Under the pieces are notes generated by a model. The model was not told the DNA's origin. It searched no databases and saw only the letters and a program-made list of their open reading frames with translations. From assembly GCA_964016885.1 (NCBI GenBank), contig OZ024742.1, forward strand, positions 276,644,001-276,708,000: a DNA stretch of 64,000 nt, given 5' to 3'. This document shows, piece after piece, positions 37,423 through 50,944 of this stretch. Origin of the DNA: Eledone cirrhosa. Its lineage: Eukaryota. A program made the position numbers and the translations under genes. The stretch's first letter is position 1. Each line of letters starts with the position of its first letter.

Positions 37423-39180
37423 TTCCTTATACTTATATATATTCTCTGTTTAAAAGCTGAAAATTTGGCTTCGTACATTGTATAGCTATTAGTTTATTGA
37501 AATGTATCTGATTATTATACTGTATTTTATATTCTTTAGAAGTTCTTGGGAAATTTCTTCTTTTTTCTGAATTTCTATCTTTATTGTCAATAAGTTTAAA
37601 TAGCCTTTGGATGAATGCTTATGTGTAAGAGGAGTTTGGAAGTTAGTGTACAGTTACTCACCTTATCCATTTTATTGCTAAGTGCCAATCTAATTGTATA
37701 GCTACATTGACAGAGATCTTATATCTGTTAAAAGTCAATGCTCAAATGTATTTTGAAGTGTCATACTGCATGCGTTTTTGTCTCCATGCGTCTTCACATT
37801 CACCCTGCTTAACCTTTTCCTTCCCATATTTCTAATGAAAGACATTGCCTATAATTTTCAAATAATTTGGAGGGATTTAGTAGTATAACTAAATTGGAAC
37901 ATAACAAAATTCTTACATAAAATGATGAGGGATTTTTAGATAAATATAAATACTTTAAAATAAGCAGCTTAGTATCTTAGAACCATTGACTGTTTCAAAT
38001 GGATCCATTTGTTTGCCCTGCATAAACAATTTCCCACCATTTAGTGGTTTGACAAGTAATAATCTTTGGAATAAGTAAATACCAATCCCTGTTATATAGA
38101 AATATTTTGTTATAGATAATAAAACTTTGAATCAAAAACAATGCTTAAATGTTGTTTTCTGAAGTGCAATACTAGTATTCTCCAAAATATTTACCAATTT
38201 AACATATCTCCATCACATCTGTTACTAAAAATAACAAAATTAATTCAGTTATTGCCAACAATTTCTAGCATTGATAATGAGGATTTTTAGCTTGTCATTA
38301 ACAGTTTTTTTTTTAACTGTTACCTATATTTTGTCTTGTGAGATCCATTGTGCTGGAATAGTAAAACATACATTGCAATGGTAGTAGAAAACATTATTTT
38401 AGAATAACTGATGATCTCAACAGTCAGATGAGAAGAAAATGGCAAACTAAAAATGTTTAAATAATCTTTTTTTATTTTTTTCAGTTTTCACATCTTATAC
38501 TAATCTGTGTTGATCTAATTTTATTGCTATTATATTAAAACGCATGAAGTTATATTTTTAAAATCATGACTCACAGATGTCAGTTTTCTGAATATAATTC
38601 TTAGTATTTTCATACTAATCACCTTATATTCCACTGCTTTAGCTAGGATCATATTGGTTGCAGATTAGCTTCATCCTTCAAAATATCTTTTATTCATTCA
38701 AAATTGTTATTAGTCAATGTTTCCTTAATCTAAATGGAAAATACTTGACATTAAAAGGCTATATTAGGAATCCTTGCTCAAACTGCTATTTCTTATCCAT
38801 TTATTTTGCACTTGATTTGCAAAAGACTTTTAGTGCAAGCATTTCTTGAACTGGAGCTTATATTTCTCATAAGAATCTTGTCCTGATCCAATATTCTAAA
38901 TATTGAAATTACATTTTCATGAAATATATAATAGCTAAGATGAATTTGTTTTCTAGGGATTCTAGATTGAGAAAGGATTTTTTTTAAATATATTTTTATA
39001 AACCCTTGGGAAATTATGATTTAAAATAATAAATTCTCTTATTAATCAATGATAATCTTAAAAAAAAGAAACTTGGTGTATCCATGTTTCAATCATTACT
39101 GATCAAATTTATCTGTTTTGGGATATTATTATATCCATCCACTATTACTGATCCTATCTGTTTCTGTTTTCCATTTCCAG

Positions 39181-39370
39181 CTCACCTGACTCCATGCACC
39201 TACCATCCAATCAGTGCTGTGTCCAGCTGAAGAAAACTAAGTCCACCAGTAGTTTAGGATTGTCTTTTGTTGGTGGACAGGGCGGCATTGGAGTGTTTGT
39301 GAAGGATATCCATTCAAACAGTATAGCAGATGGTGTTGAGGGCCTTTCAAAAGGATGCCAAATTTTAGAA
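39181..39370 (+). CDS. DLG5: DLG5 exon, PDZ4 N-half (SLGLSFVGGQGGIGVFVKDI...)
   Basis: Acceptor ttccAG, donor GTATGA; phase 2-0. Confidence 0.92.
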
Positions 39371-40559
39371 GTATGATACTTAGTATCCTTGTATTTTTTC
39401 CCCATCTCATTACAATAGAGGGCATCTTAACATAACTAAAGTACAAGATACAAATACAAGATGTTACCCTAACTGTTGCTTTCTTAACATTAAATTAATA
39501 ACATATTAAACTTTTTCAGAATTAACAGTAAACATCTGATAATAACATTCACAATTTTTGCTTTAACATAAATAAATAACTGAATAGTTTCACATACTGG
39601 CACTGTTCATTAGAATTCCAGTCCTGTGGAATTTAATACATGCAGATAAGTTGACTTACATAGTTGTTTTGCGTAATTCCACATTAACCAGAGCTGCAAT
39701 AAAATGATTAAAAAATAAGTTAACTTACATTTCATATATAAATTAAATAATGGAGCACTTTTCAGACACTAGGTGTGTCCAGTAAGTGTACACTAGGTGT
39801 TCTTTGTACTACTAATCATGACTTCTCATATCTATATATAAATTTGAGCAACCTCTGTCCATCCGTCTCTCCATCACTGAATGTGTGTGTGTGTAAAAGG
39901 AAGGAAGGGGATGATGAAAAACTATAGCAAAACAGTGACTGGTGTTCCATTTACTACGCTGTGTTTGTGTAAGTGTATTTTTGTAAGTGTGTCTGTTTGC
40001 TTGTTTATATTTATATACTCATACATATAAATGTATGCATCAGCGTGTTGAAAAGAATCCAATAATTTATAATGGTGTTCTTATTGGGAACTATATAGAA
40101 CTAATAGATTAAACATAGGCTGAAGCTATTCTGTTGCAACCATCATCATCATCACCACCAGCTTCATCTTTCATTATTATCACCAATTAAACTTCCATTT
40201 ATCCATGTTGGCATTGGTTTAATGCCACCGAGGATGAAGCAGTTAAAAGTAATATGATGTTGTATGATACCTTAATTTTGTTTTGTCTCTTTTTCATGTA
40301 GAGTAACTTACAGTGATTAATTGCTACTGATTTACTAATTATTACAATTTTGGGGGTAAATTCATGTCTGAATTGCAATATCACAAGGATTTTTCCTGTA
40401 TTAACATTAGCTTTACTAACATTCCTTGATTTTTATGTAAAGTTTCATCTTCTTGACTCACGACACCACATACTCTCTCTCCATTTGGGGATGGCTAACA
40501 ATTTTGTGTGATAAATATTTGTATTAAATGTCATTTGGCAGATATTATAATTATAGTGT

Positions 40560-40897
40560 TTGGAGGCACATGGCTTAGAACATTGGCCTTGCAATCGAAA
40601 GGTTGTGAGTTCAATTCTCAGACCGGGTGATGTGTTGTTTCCTTGAGCAAGACACTTTATTTCACATTGCTCCAGTTTACTCAGCTGTAGAAATGAGATG
40701 ATAGGGACTGGGGTCCATATCATTCCACTGCAAAGTGGTCGTGGAGGTGCCATGGCAAAAAAGCACCCAGCACTCACTGTAAATGAGGTTGGTGTTAGGA
40801 AGGGCATCCAGCTGTAGAAATCAAGGCAGAATCAGTTCCAGTCCCACCCTTGCAAGCAGGGAAAAAGCGGACGTAAAATGAAATGAAATGAAATGAT
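40560..40897 (+). mobile_element. tRNA-derived SINE with RTE-type 3' tail (family 1)
   Basis: Pol III A/B-box-like head (TGGCTTAG..., GAGTTCAATTC); central CCTTGAGCAAGACACTTT domain; RTE-shared GGTGTTAGGAAGGGCATCCAGC and GGACGTAAAATG tail. Confidence 0.85.
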
Positions 40898-41451
40898 GCT
40901 TGTGGATGGAGCATTTTCAGGAAAACTTGCATTCTGTGTGTATCCCAGTTTTTAGCATTGGTACACTGTATCCCGGTGTGTTGTAAGGATTTTTTTGAAA
41001 GGGTTGGTATCAGGAATGGCATTTGGCTGTAAAACACTACCTCAAAAAGTCCTATCCAACCCATGCCTACATGAAAAAGGAGATGAAAAAACAGTGTTGT
41101 CTGGGTGAATGATTGAGCAAACAAGAGAGGAAGATTATACCTCAGTGATAAACATGTCGGAAAGTCCTCAGAGATCTGGTAATCCTGCTATTTAGATATA
41201 TTGCTAGTCATATTAATGGGACTGTTATTGTTTGTGGGAGTGCATTAAAAACATATTGAACAAATTAACAAAGAAAAAAGGAAAATAAAACACTCATGCC
41301 AATAACAAAAAATAAATTTCAAACAAATATTTTTGCTTTTATTTATTGCTTCAATGTGTGATTTGCCTCCAGTTTTCTTCGTGTTTTTTTAGTCAAACCT
41401 GTATTTCCTTAAATAAATTCTTTTTTCCAAACCCTTACCTCTTGCTTTTAG

Positions 41452-41554
41452 TTCAATGGAACCAATCTACGGCATGCTACCATTGAACAGGCTATGAGAG
41501 AAATATCAAAGGCAACCAACTCTGTGAAAATTATATCTCAATATAATCCTGAAA
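41452..41554 (+). CDS. DLG5: DLG5 exon, PDZ4 C-half (FNGTNLRHATIEQA...QYNPE)
   Basis: Acceptor ttttAG, donor A|GTAAGT; phase 0-1. Confidence 0.92.
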
Positions 41555-41564
41555 GTAAGTATAA

Positions 41565-42559
41565 TCTATATATATAAAGTTGTAGTTCCTGTCTGTCTGT
41601 TTGGTTGTTTGTTTGTTCACGAACTCTGCCTATGGTTTTGGAGATACACCCCATAACCATATATATTCTGAAACTACATTGCCCAGGGTACTTGGATAAG
41701 CATGTTTCATTTTAATCAAAGGGTTCTCCGGGGGCACAAACCCCTGCTGAAAGTTTTTCCCTTCGATTTATATGAAATTTAAACCGTAGATAAATGACAA
41801 GATATGATGCCTATTCACAAAATTTCAATAATATTAAGACACCCTAATGCGAGTTAAACCCCCTATAGTGAAAATGTTGGCCAATAAATGGAACAAGATG
41901 TGTTGTAACAAGATTGCATAAGAACTTGATTGAAGCAACCATTATATTCGGCGCTTACAAAGGTCAAGCTCTTCTCATTCCAAGAATTCCACTTATACCA
42001 AGTGATAGTGAGTTGCCTATTACATTTAAGAGGCTGCTGTTCCCAGTGAGGCCATACTTTGCCATGAGCATCAATAAGAGCCAAGGTCGAACTTTCAAAA
42101 CTATTGGTATAGATCTGACAAACCCATGTTTCAGTCATGGCATGTTTTATGTGGAACTGGAACTTCAAAAAATCTCTTCATTTTAGCCAATCAAAGAAAG
42201 ACAAGAAATGCTGTTTATCCTGAAGTTCTTCATTTGGACAAAATATCAAATATATTTTCATGTATTTATTATGTTAAAAAATAAATAATTAAACTTTGAA
42301 TTTCTAATTTGAAAATAATGCTTTACACAAAAATGAAATAATCAAGTTTTGAATTGATATTTTGAAGAAAAAAAAAAAAAGCATAATAAGAATAAGATTT
42401 AATAATGTAATTTTAATTTGATATATTACAACAAATAATGTTTTCCAATTTTTCATGCATTACATTTTACATAAATTATATCACCGATTTAAAATCAATC
42501 ATCATTTTCTTACAAAAATAAATGTGTTAAACGCAGCAAGGTGCAGGTAATTCGGCTAG
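41565..42559 (+). mobile_element. Internally deleted Helitron with PIF1-helicase C-terminal remnant
   Basis: 5' TC (TCTATATATATAAA), 3' CTAG, inserted between A and T without TSD; LIPRIPLIP...FKR..FPVR..FAMSINKSQG...IGIDL..PCFSHG motif at ~41914-42186. Confidence 0.9.
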
Positions 42560-42649
42560 TATCATATAAAACAGTTTAAAGTTACTTTTGTCAACAACAA
42601 CTGGCTAGTATTTTGTTTTGTTATACTTTTCTGTCCATTGATTTTTCAG

Positions 42650-42893
42650 AGTACTTCAAAGGCAGATGTAATTCAGGATTTCCTTTTTACATACGTGCTC
42701 ACTATGACTATCATCCAGATGATGGTGAAGAGAAAGGAGAGCTATCTTTCAATAGAAATGATATTTTACTTATAAAAGAAGGATTTTATAGCAAGCCAAC
42801 CGGGGACCGAGACAGCAATTATACATCCTATTGGTTGGGATGGTTAATCAATAATCAAGGCAAAAAAGTAAAATATGGAAAAATTCCCACCAG
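42650..42893 (+). CDS. DLG5: DLG5 exon, SH3 domain (FYIRAHYDY...ELSFNRNDIL...WLGW...GKIP)
   Basis: Acceptor tttcAG, donor AG|GTAAGT; phase 1-2. Confidence 0.92.
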
Positions 42894-43992
42894 GTAAGTA
42901 GTGGTCACAGATTTTGTCATAACTGTTTCCGACAAATACTCTGATGTTCTTCGCTTCCATCCTAGACGTCATGATTTCATGTCCACTTGAGACAGTGCAT
43001 TGTACTCTTATTTAAAGACTATAACTTGCCTTAATCTACTGTCCAAACTTGGAATAGATGCAAATCTTATTTTAAAATCTAATTCACATGATGCCGTTAT
43101 AAATTCTCAAGAACCATATAACGCTAATCATTCCAGATAAAATATTTTAAAATTAGGCAATTGTTTCTTTTTTATGAAAACCTAAACTAATGTGTTTTAA
43201 TATTGGCACAAAATATGGTCTCAGATTTATTGAAGAAAGCAAATTAGCTTGTCATATTTCAAAGGCATTAGTAGTAATCTAATCATTGTGGATTAGCAGA
43301 GTGACAGGCAAAATACCATGCAGTATTTAGTTACAATCTTGAGTTCAAATCTCAATGGGATTAATTTTGCCTTTCATCCTTTTAGGGTTAATAAAATAAG
43401 TACTAGCTGAGTGCAGCTCATCCCAAATTTGTGGCCTTATGCTTATATTAAAAATCATTAGAAATGGAAACAGATATGTAGGTAGCAAATTGACAGAGTT
43501 GTTAGAACATTAGATAAAATACTTTACAGTATATGTTCTGGTTCTCTGCACTCTGGGTTCAAATCTAGCCATGGTTGATAAAAATGTATCAGTCCAGTAC
43601 TGGGTTGATTCTTTTTCTATATCTCTCACATTCTCTCCTCTTTGGAAGAAATTGGTTGTGTTCCAACCTGGAGAAGAGATGGGCTCTGCCAAGTTCAAAA
43701 TATCCATGAAACACTATAACACTATAGTGCTCCTAAAACTCTACCAGGAGTTACAAATCCATACATACATACAACAGAGATGTGAATTCTGCCCTTAAAC
43801 AGCTATTTGTTCTATCAAGACAGCTAGTTCAAAAGGCAAATCGTCTCTCTATGCAAGTGTATATAATCCTTCATTTCATATATATTTATAGAAAAACACA
43901 TATTTACTGTATGTACTTATAAGGTTTATGAGTCATTTTCATCATCATTATCACCAACACATCTATCAGTGACATTTTTATTTTTGCTGCAG

Positions 43993-44204
43993 ACTTGGTC
44001 CTAATTTTGATCTCAAAAGAAGTAGTTCAGAGAGCTTGAATTTCCTAGAAGATGAGCACAAGTGTTCCAGGAGAGGCTCAGCAACTGTACGGCGCAGTTT
44101 TTTCAAGCGAAAGAAGCATCAGAGAACAAATTCTCGTGATAGTCGTGATCTCAGCTCTTTTTCTGATATCTCACTTAATGTCGAACTCCTTCCTGTTTTA
44201 GATG
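43993..44204 (+). CDS. DLG5: DLG5 exon, SH3-GUK hook (RRSFFKRKKHQR)
   Basis: Acceptor ctgcAG, donor G|GTAATT; phase 2-1. Confidence 0.9.
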
Positions 44205-45785
44205 GTAATTAATACTATTAACTTCATAATATTTTATCACCTCTCTCTAAAAATAGCACTAGAAAAATGATCCTATTTCTTCTCTTTATGTTTGAAAATT
44301 TAAAAGAATTGTTTTTGTTTTAACTTTTTTCTTCTTTAATTTGGTCTACATTTTCATTCAGTCCAGAAAGTCTTGTAATATAAAACGATTCTAATATAAA
44401 AATAAGTGTAAAAATGTTAATGATTTTTTTAAAAAATTAGACTGTAACTTTTGAAGAATAATAAATTTTATGGTGTGTATATTAAAGATATATGAAGAGC
44501 GTTCTCTTGAGAGAATATGCTAACAACAAATATTCTAGATGACTACATCCTTTTAAGCATCATGGACAACATTTTCCATACAATGTGGTCAATTACAAAT
44601 ATATTTAACAATACTATTTATTGTTCTGCTTGTATATTTGAAAATTTTTCACATTGCAACCTTTGGTATCTTAAACCCTTTTGATAACAAACTGCCTGGG
44701 GTCGCCCTTACAATACTAAGCTATTCATTTCAAAGTGTTTCTCTAAAAAAACCTTCCATCATAATTTTATGTAAGGAAAATCTAGATAATGAGAAATTTA
44801 CTTATATTACTAAGTCTTTCCAAGTTCTTTATTTTTTAAAAATGACTTTCATTAGAAATATGATAATAAAAGGGTTAAAAAAAATTGATTCAGACAACTC
44901 TTCATATTTTTAAACTCTGAGCACTGGCTATGAATACTAACTGCAATGTTTCCTTATTTAAATGGGTGCAAGTATGGTTTATCAAGCCTATGATTTTAGT
45001 TAATTTCTCTAAAGCAAGAGAATTTTAGGTGAAAGTCACCAGTTCTATAGAACAATTTTCTAATGGTTGTTATGAGGTAATTTTAAATATGGACGACTAT
45101 TTAAGTTGTTTGAAATTGTTACTTTTTAAATAAATTTTGAAGATTAAATAGAAAGGTAATGGTTATAAGTGGAGGGTGAACTTTAGTGTCCTATTTTGTC
45201 AAAGCTTTCTGTGGTAAAATTCCCTAAATGTATTGGGTATTTAAAAATGCTATACAATAATGAATCATAAGTTGAATTATTAAATTTATATTACTAATAT
45301 GATTTGATAAACAGATTTTTGGTGTATTTTCTTTTATCATTCTTTACTTAATGTTTGTTTATAATGTGGTGTGAATTAAAAAAAAAAGTTTGCTTTTTTT
45401 TCAATTAAACTACCTGACTCTTGCAGAAATTCCATGGTTTAATTAGAAACAACCATTAAATATTAAAGATCAATATAACATTTTAAATGTTTTTCTTATA
45501 AGTAAATATTATCACAAACTGTTAACAATTCTTTCAGAATTAAAATATAAACACATATAAAGTTAAAAAACAAGATTATACTTTAAAAGGAGAGGGAATG
45601 GCAAGGACTCTAGTATCACAGAAGAATAGGGAGGAGGAGGGTGGTTGGGCTCTGGGCCTAAGGAGCAGTGGTAATGGTGCTGCAGACAAGACTGCAAAAG
45701 CATTCCTGCGGATAATGGCCAGCAACACCCACTGTAACAAACGTTATATATATCAAACATAACAAGATTATTAGCCATCTTTCCA

Positions 45786-46172
45786 ACAACAACCCTGAGC
45801 ACCTTTTCGAAGTCCATGTATCTAACACCCATGGATATGCTTTCAAAATCAGAAAACAGTACAGCTCCCATGACTTTGAGAAACATTTTTTCATGCTCAG
45901 ATTTGTTGAAGCATGGAACAAACTACCTGCATCAGTTGTTAGCTGTTGGGACGCTGCATTTTTCAAAACTTCCATGCTTCCTAAAATTGGCTAACACTAC
46001 ACCTAATATTCCCTCTCCATGCACATGCATGCATATGTGTGTGTGTCTGCATGTATATCATGATTCATACACTGTTCACTTTCCTGACATTTGTACATTA
46101 TTCTATGTACTATACATGCACCTTTGATGAGTTGTAGTGCACCTGAGCACTGTACACAATAATTTTCATTAT
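45786..46172 (+). mobile_element. CR1 3' fragment
   Basis: Same family sequence and tail. Confidence 0.85.
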
Positions 46173-46502
46173 AATATAAACAGTATGATAATGAAAGAGT
46201 TAAAGAAAACTGTATACATGTATACAACACAACAAAAAATATCAAAAAAATTTAACAAATGACAAACTACCAAAATGTAATATTTTACTCATTTATAATT
46301 TGAAGATGTACTGTATTTTTTGTAAAAATAATTCCCCCCTCTCTCCCTCTCTCTCATATCCCCTTTCAATTAAGATGTGGGATTACCACCACTGGTGTCT
46401 CTCTCCCACACTGACACACACACAAGCTCTTACCATCTTTCCAACGTGACAGATGTTTTACACCACAGAAACACTTATTTTAATATAAAATAATGCTTTC
46501 TA

Positions 46503-46829
46503 CCATGTGTCTAACACACGTGGGCATGCCTACAAAGTCAGAAAACAGCACAACTCCCATGACTTTTGAAAACATTTTTTCATGCTCAGTTGCTGAAGCA
46601 TGGAACAAACTACCTGCATCAGATGTTAGCTGTCGAGACATTGCTTCCTGAGATTCGCCAACACTACACCTGATGTCCCCCCTCCATACACACGCACACA
46701 TGTATTTCATGACTCGTACACTGTTCACTTTCCTGATATTTGTACATTATTCTATGTACTATACATGCACCTTTGATGAGTTGTAGTGCACCTGAGCACT
46801 GTACACAATAATTTCATTATTATTATTAT
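46503..46829 (+). mobile_element. CR1 3' fragment
   Basis: Same family sequence and tail. Confidence 0.85.
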
Positions 46830-46932
46830 ATTATTCATTTGAACATTTTGAAAGCAAAATCTATTTTCACAAAATAAAGTACATGATATAATCATGCTTT
46901 TTTTCTATCTCTCTCTCTCTTTCTCTTTTAAG

Positions 46933-46974
46933 ATGGCTATTTTTGTGGATTTACTAAAGTTGAGAAAAAAGAAT
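46933..46974 (+). CDS. DLG5: DLG5 42-nt small exon (DGYFCGFTKVEKKE)
   Basis: Long CT tract plus taAG, donor T|GTAAGT; symmetric phase 1-1; occupies the position of the Y-x-x-V motif preceding RPV in MAGUKs. Confidence 0.8.
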
Positions 46975-47491
46975 GTAAGTGTATAATTTCACCTGTTTGT
47001 AATATTCTCTTACTGGTTTCAGTGATTAGACACTTGCCCTCTCATGATATACATGCAGACACACACACACTTACTATATAGAGAGATTGGGCCATATATT
47101 TGAAGAAATTGAATTCAAAACATATGCATTGCATTAAATACTGTAAAGGAATTTTGTCCTTCCGTCTCTCTCTCTCTCACTCGCATGCATGCACATGCAT
47201 TCACACACACCCACACACACCTTCACGCATGCACTGAGGTCAGTTTAATTGACTATGCTGAAACCGTACAAGTGTATTATGATCTACAAAATTACCATAT
47301 ATAGTCGAATATAAGCCGAGCCCCTATTTTATGTCTGAGAAATGGGCAAAAATTCAAATCCCATGTATAAGCTGAGGCAGCTAATCAACACATTGTTTAG
47401 ATGGTGCAGTTTTGAAATTCTCATGAGTGGAGAACATATTTATGAAGTTTTAATATTTTGATATTTCAAATGTTTTAAGTATTGTTTAGAG

Positions 47492-47590
47492 CAGGGGTTC
47501 TCAACCTTTTTTTCACTGTGGACCACCAAAATAAGTAATTTTTTCCTGTGGACCACTAGTGGTCCACATGGACCAGGTTGGGAACCCCTG
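47492..47590. mobile_element. 99-bp hAT (Charlie/Buster-like) MITE nested in the pogo-type element
   Basis: TIRs CAGGGGTTCTCAACCT / AGGTTGGGAACCCCTG; perfect 8-bp TSD GTTTAGAG. Confidence 0.92.
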
Positions 47591-47730
47591 GTTTAGAGTA
47601 TAGTTTTTGTTTCACAACTCCATTACATTATGATTTTTTTACAATTTCAGGCCGCTTTGAAGGCCACATTCATTCAAAATGCATCACACTAGGAAAAATG
47701 AATTTCACGTCGAAAATGAAAGCAGGGCTA

Positions 47731-47861
47731 TATTCACCTCCAAAGTGAAACTGGTGTAATATTCACCTCCAAAGTGAAACTGATGTAATATTCACCTCCA
47801 AAGTGGAACTGATGTAATATTCACCTACAAAGTGAAACTGGTGTAATATTCACATCCAAAG
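47731..47861. repeat. 29-bp minisatellite, ~4.5 copies
   Basis: Unit TATTCACCTCCAAAGTGAAACTGGTGTAA repeated head to tail. Confidence 0.92.
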
Positions 47862-48071
47862 CAAAAATATTTTAGCACTTCATTAATGTATAATTTTGAA
47901 GTTAGTGAACATCATTGACCTCGAATATAATCCGACCCCCCATTTTACTATATTTATCCCCCCCCCCCCCTATTTCTCAGCTTATATATGAGTATATATG
48001 GTAATTGATTTCTTACAGGCTCGTATATTTTTCTCTTGTTTATTTGTTATTACGTTTTCTGGATGCTCTTC

Positions 48072-48560
48072 CTATCACTAACCACTTTACAGAGTGTACT
48101 GGGTTTGTTTATTATGTCACTAACACTAGAGAGATTGCCATGCATTTGACATAGCTGAAGGGTACTCTTGACTGTTTTTTCATGGTTTCTGCAGCTGGAC
48201 ACCCTTCTTATTAACAACTACCTTATACAGTGTACTGGGTGCATTTTCTGAGGCACCAGCACTAGAGGGGTTGACAGTCAATGGTAGGGATGATATATAT
48301 GTCATCGGTGTATGACAGATGTGGTGGGGTGATGTGGGGGAAAGAATGGTTAAATGGCTATATGAGGGTGGGGTGACAAAGTGATGAAATGGAATGGAGG
48401 GGTGGAAGTGACCCTTTGTAGAATGAGAGAGTGGTGGAAGTGACCCTTTGTAGCATGAGAGAGTGGGGTATGTTGATGGTGCAAATAGTTACTAATGATC
48501 TTTCAGGGTAGATTGGGCATCAGTCTTGCAGGAGGTTATATTGTTCCTCTGTTCACAAGT
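48072..48560 (+). repeat. ~0.5-kb near-identical duplicate of 1634-2140
   Basis: Followed by (CT)n at 48561-48586. Confidence 0.93.
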
Positions 48561-50249
48561 CTCTCTCTCTCTCTCTCTCTCTCTCTGATCACAGCCATCT
48601 GCATTTCAATTGAATAAACCTTTCAAGTACCCTTGTATTAAGCCCTAGTCAGGTTTCACTATCTTTTTTTTCTCCCGCTATGTTCCTTTGAAAATGTGTG
48701 TAATATTAAGAATCAGAGCTGATAACTCCATGGAGTAGAAAAAGTGTATGTGTAGAGTGATAATTCAACTGGCTATGTATCTAGTGTTCAATTAGCACAT
48801 GAAGATTGATGAACTTGATTTCTGTTGCTTGAATGGCAGAGGGAGTTAAAAAGTGCTAATCACTCATTGGTCAGTATAGTTAGTGACTTTCTCTAATTAA
48901 CTGTTGATCATTTTTGTCTCAATACAGAAATATTGTGTAGCTACATCTCTTGTGCGAACTATTGGTACACAAGAGATGTAGTGGGATCTCAGACAGGCAA
49001 GCAAAAAAATGTAGGTTTTGCATGTGGGTTACATCACTACTTATTGTTATCATTTTACATCTATTTTTCCATGTTACATTTTCTTGCAACCCACCACCAT
49101 CATTCTTCATCTATGACACATAACAAGGGAGAAAAACAACCAATTTTGTTGTTGTGTATGTCATTATTTTGAGATGATTTACACAACTTGATGCCTCTCA
49201 CATTACCAACTAGGTGCATTTTATTGTCACTAACACTAAAGAGGTTACCCTAAATTATCTCCTCTGCTATACATAGTTTTTGCTCATATACATTGAGTAT
49301 CCTGCCTTAGAAATCATGCCAAAATGGAATGTATTAATAAGACATTCTTATCGGATGCCTAGATTCAAAACTTGATAATCTGTTTAACCTATGCAAATAT
49401 GGAAAATAGATGTAAAATGTTGATGACAATGATATCAGTGGGTAAGCTATACGAAGCACAACTACTTCTAAGATATAGAAAAACTCAATACAGGTTATTT
49501 GTAGATAAAGATAGTGTGAATTGAAAATGTTGATGCCTCAGTGACTAGTGGTTTCATCCTAGTCAGTTGAAATCATCAAACTAATACAGTAGTTACAAAA
49601 CGATGATAATATATCGGGTTCTTACATATATAAATATGTACATGGTAATTGTTTGTACATATACAAGTGTCCCATATCCCCATGCTTTGGTTCCTATATT
49701 CTTATAGAGCATGGGAACCCAAAGTTGGGAGTATGGGAATTGGTCTCTAGTATTGTTTTCTATAAATATGATAACATTTTCTTTGTTGTTTTGTTCCTGG
49801 TTATCCAAAGTAAAACCCCACTATTGACATCCTTAGAAATCATACTGGCATTTAATATTGTTGTTGATGGTGATGATTTCTACAATCTTATGAAGAGATG
49901 TATGCAAGATATTGAATAAGCTTTTGGGGAGGTATGGAATTTAAAAAAATAACAAAGAACCCTTATTCTAATGCTCAGAATCTTTGAAAATAGTTTCAAA
50001 GTTAGTCCCTTTACTAGAAAAATATACACAATAAATTACTACCTTTAATATTGTTATTAAACTCATTTGTTTTTGTCTTCTTATATCGACACATAATCTA
50101 TCAACCCATACTTCAGAGGTATTTTACTTGCCATTTGCTTTATCATTTAATTTTTGGAAAAATCCTCTTTAGAGAAAAAACTTTTACTTTGTCTGATGAT
50201 TTTGCTAAATTTGCTAAGCTTTACTAAAATATGATGTTTCTATTTTCAG

Positions 50250-50351
50250 CCTCAGCTGTTCGTCCTGTTATTTTACTGGCTCCTTTAGCTGAACCCTTAA
50301 TCAACAAGTTAACTGCCGAGTCCCCTGATAAGTTTTGCAAGTGTGATATCA
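50250..50351 (+). CDS. DLG5: DLG5 exon, GUK start (RPVILLAPLAEPLINKL...PDKFCKC)
   Basis: Acceptor tttcAG, donor A|GTAAGT; phase 1-1. Confidence 0.9.
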
Positions 50352-50944
50352 GTAAGTTAAAAACTGAAATAAAATTTGAACTTTTATGACATGTAGTGTT
50401 ATGGTGCATCTATTCTAAAAAAAATGGGATATATCATTTATAATTATCATCATTTATACCTGTTTTTCCATGTTTTCTTGCCACCCACCACAGTCGTTTT
50501 CATCTATCACACACAGGAAGGTAAATTTTTACATACTCAAATCTTGTATTATTTTTCATGTAATAATGATATTTTAATACAAGATTAATAGTAGTGGTTT
50601 CAGGTGGTTTGGTGTTGAAAGAAGTTATGGAAAACAGGGTTTTAACACTACGTTATTCTTCAGCCAATGAAGGTGCGTGGCTTTGTGGTTAGGGTGTTTG
50701 GCTTACAATCATAAGGTTGTGAGTTCGATTCCCAGCAGCATGTTGTGTCCTTAAGCCAGTCACTTTATTTCATGTTGTTCTAGTCCACTCAGCTGGCGAA
50801 AATGAGTTGTACCTGTAGTTTAAATGGCCAGCCTTGTCACATTCTGTTTCATTGATCGGATCAACTGGAACACTCATTCAGCCAGTTAATCCAAAGTAGG
50901 GTAGGCTGTAAACATGTATCTATGTATCTAACCGATAGTTCATA

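Larger units (their letters stand above)
47295..48001. mobile_element. Non-autonomous pogo/Tc2-type DNA transposon
   Basis: TA on both sides; ~26-bp imperfect TIRs CCATATATAGTCGAATATAAGCCGAG / CTCAGCTTATATATGAGTATATATGG. Confidence 0.8.

Noticed and set aside
39830-39900. Second Helitron 5' end (TCTATATATAAA...)
   Set aside because: No matching 3' hairpin-CTAG end or internal homology that I can identify.
40560-40630. tRNA gene
   Set aside because: A/B boxes are present but run into SINE body and tail and recur in multiple copies; no complete cloverleaf.
47731-47861. CRISPR-like 29-bp repeats with internal hairpin
   Set aside because: Units are contiguous with no unique spacers, no cas genes, eukaryotic intron; it is a minisatellite.
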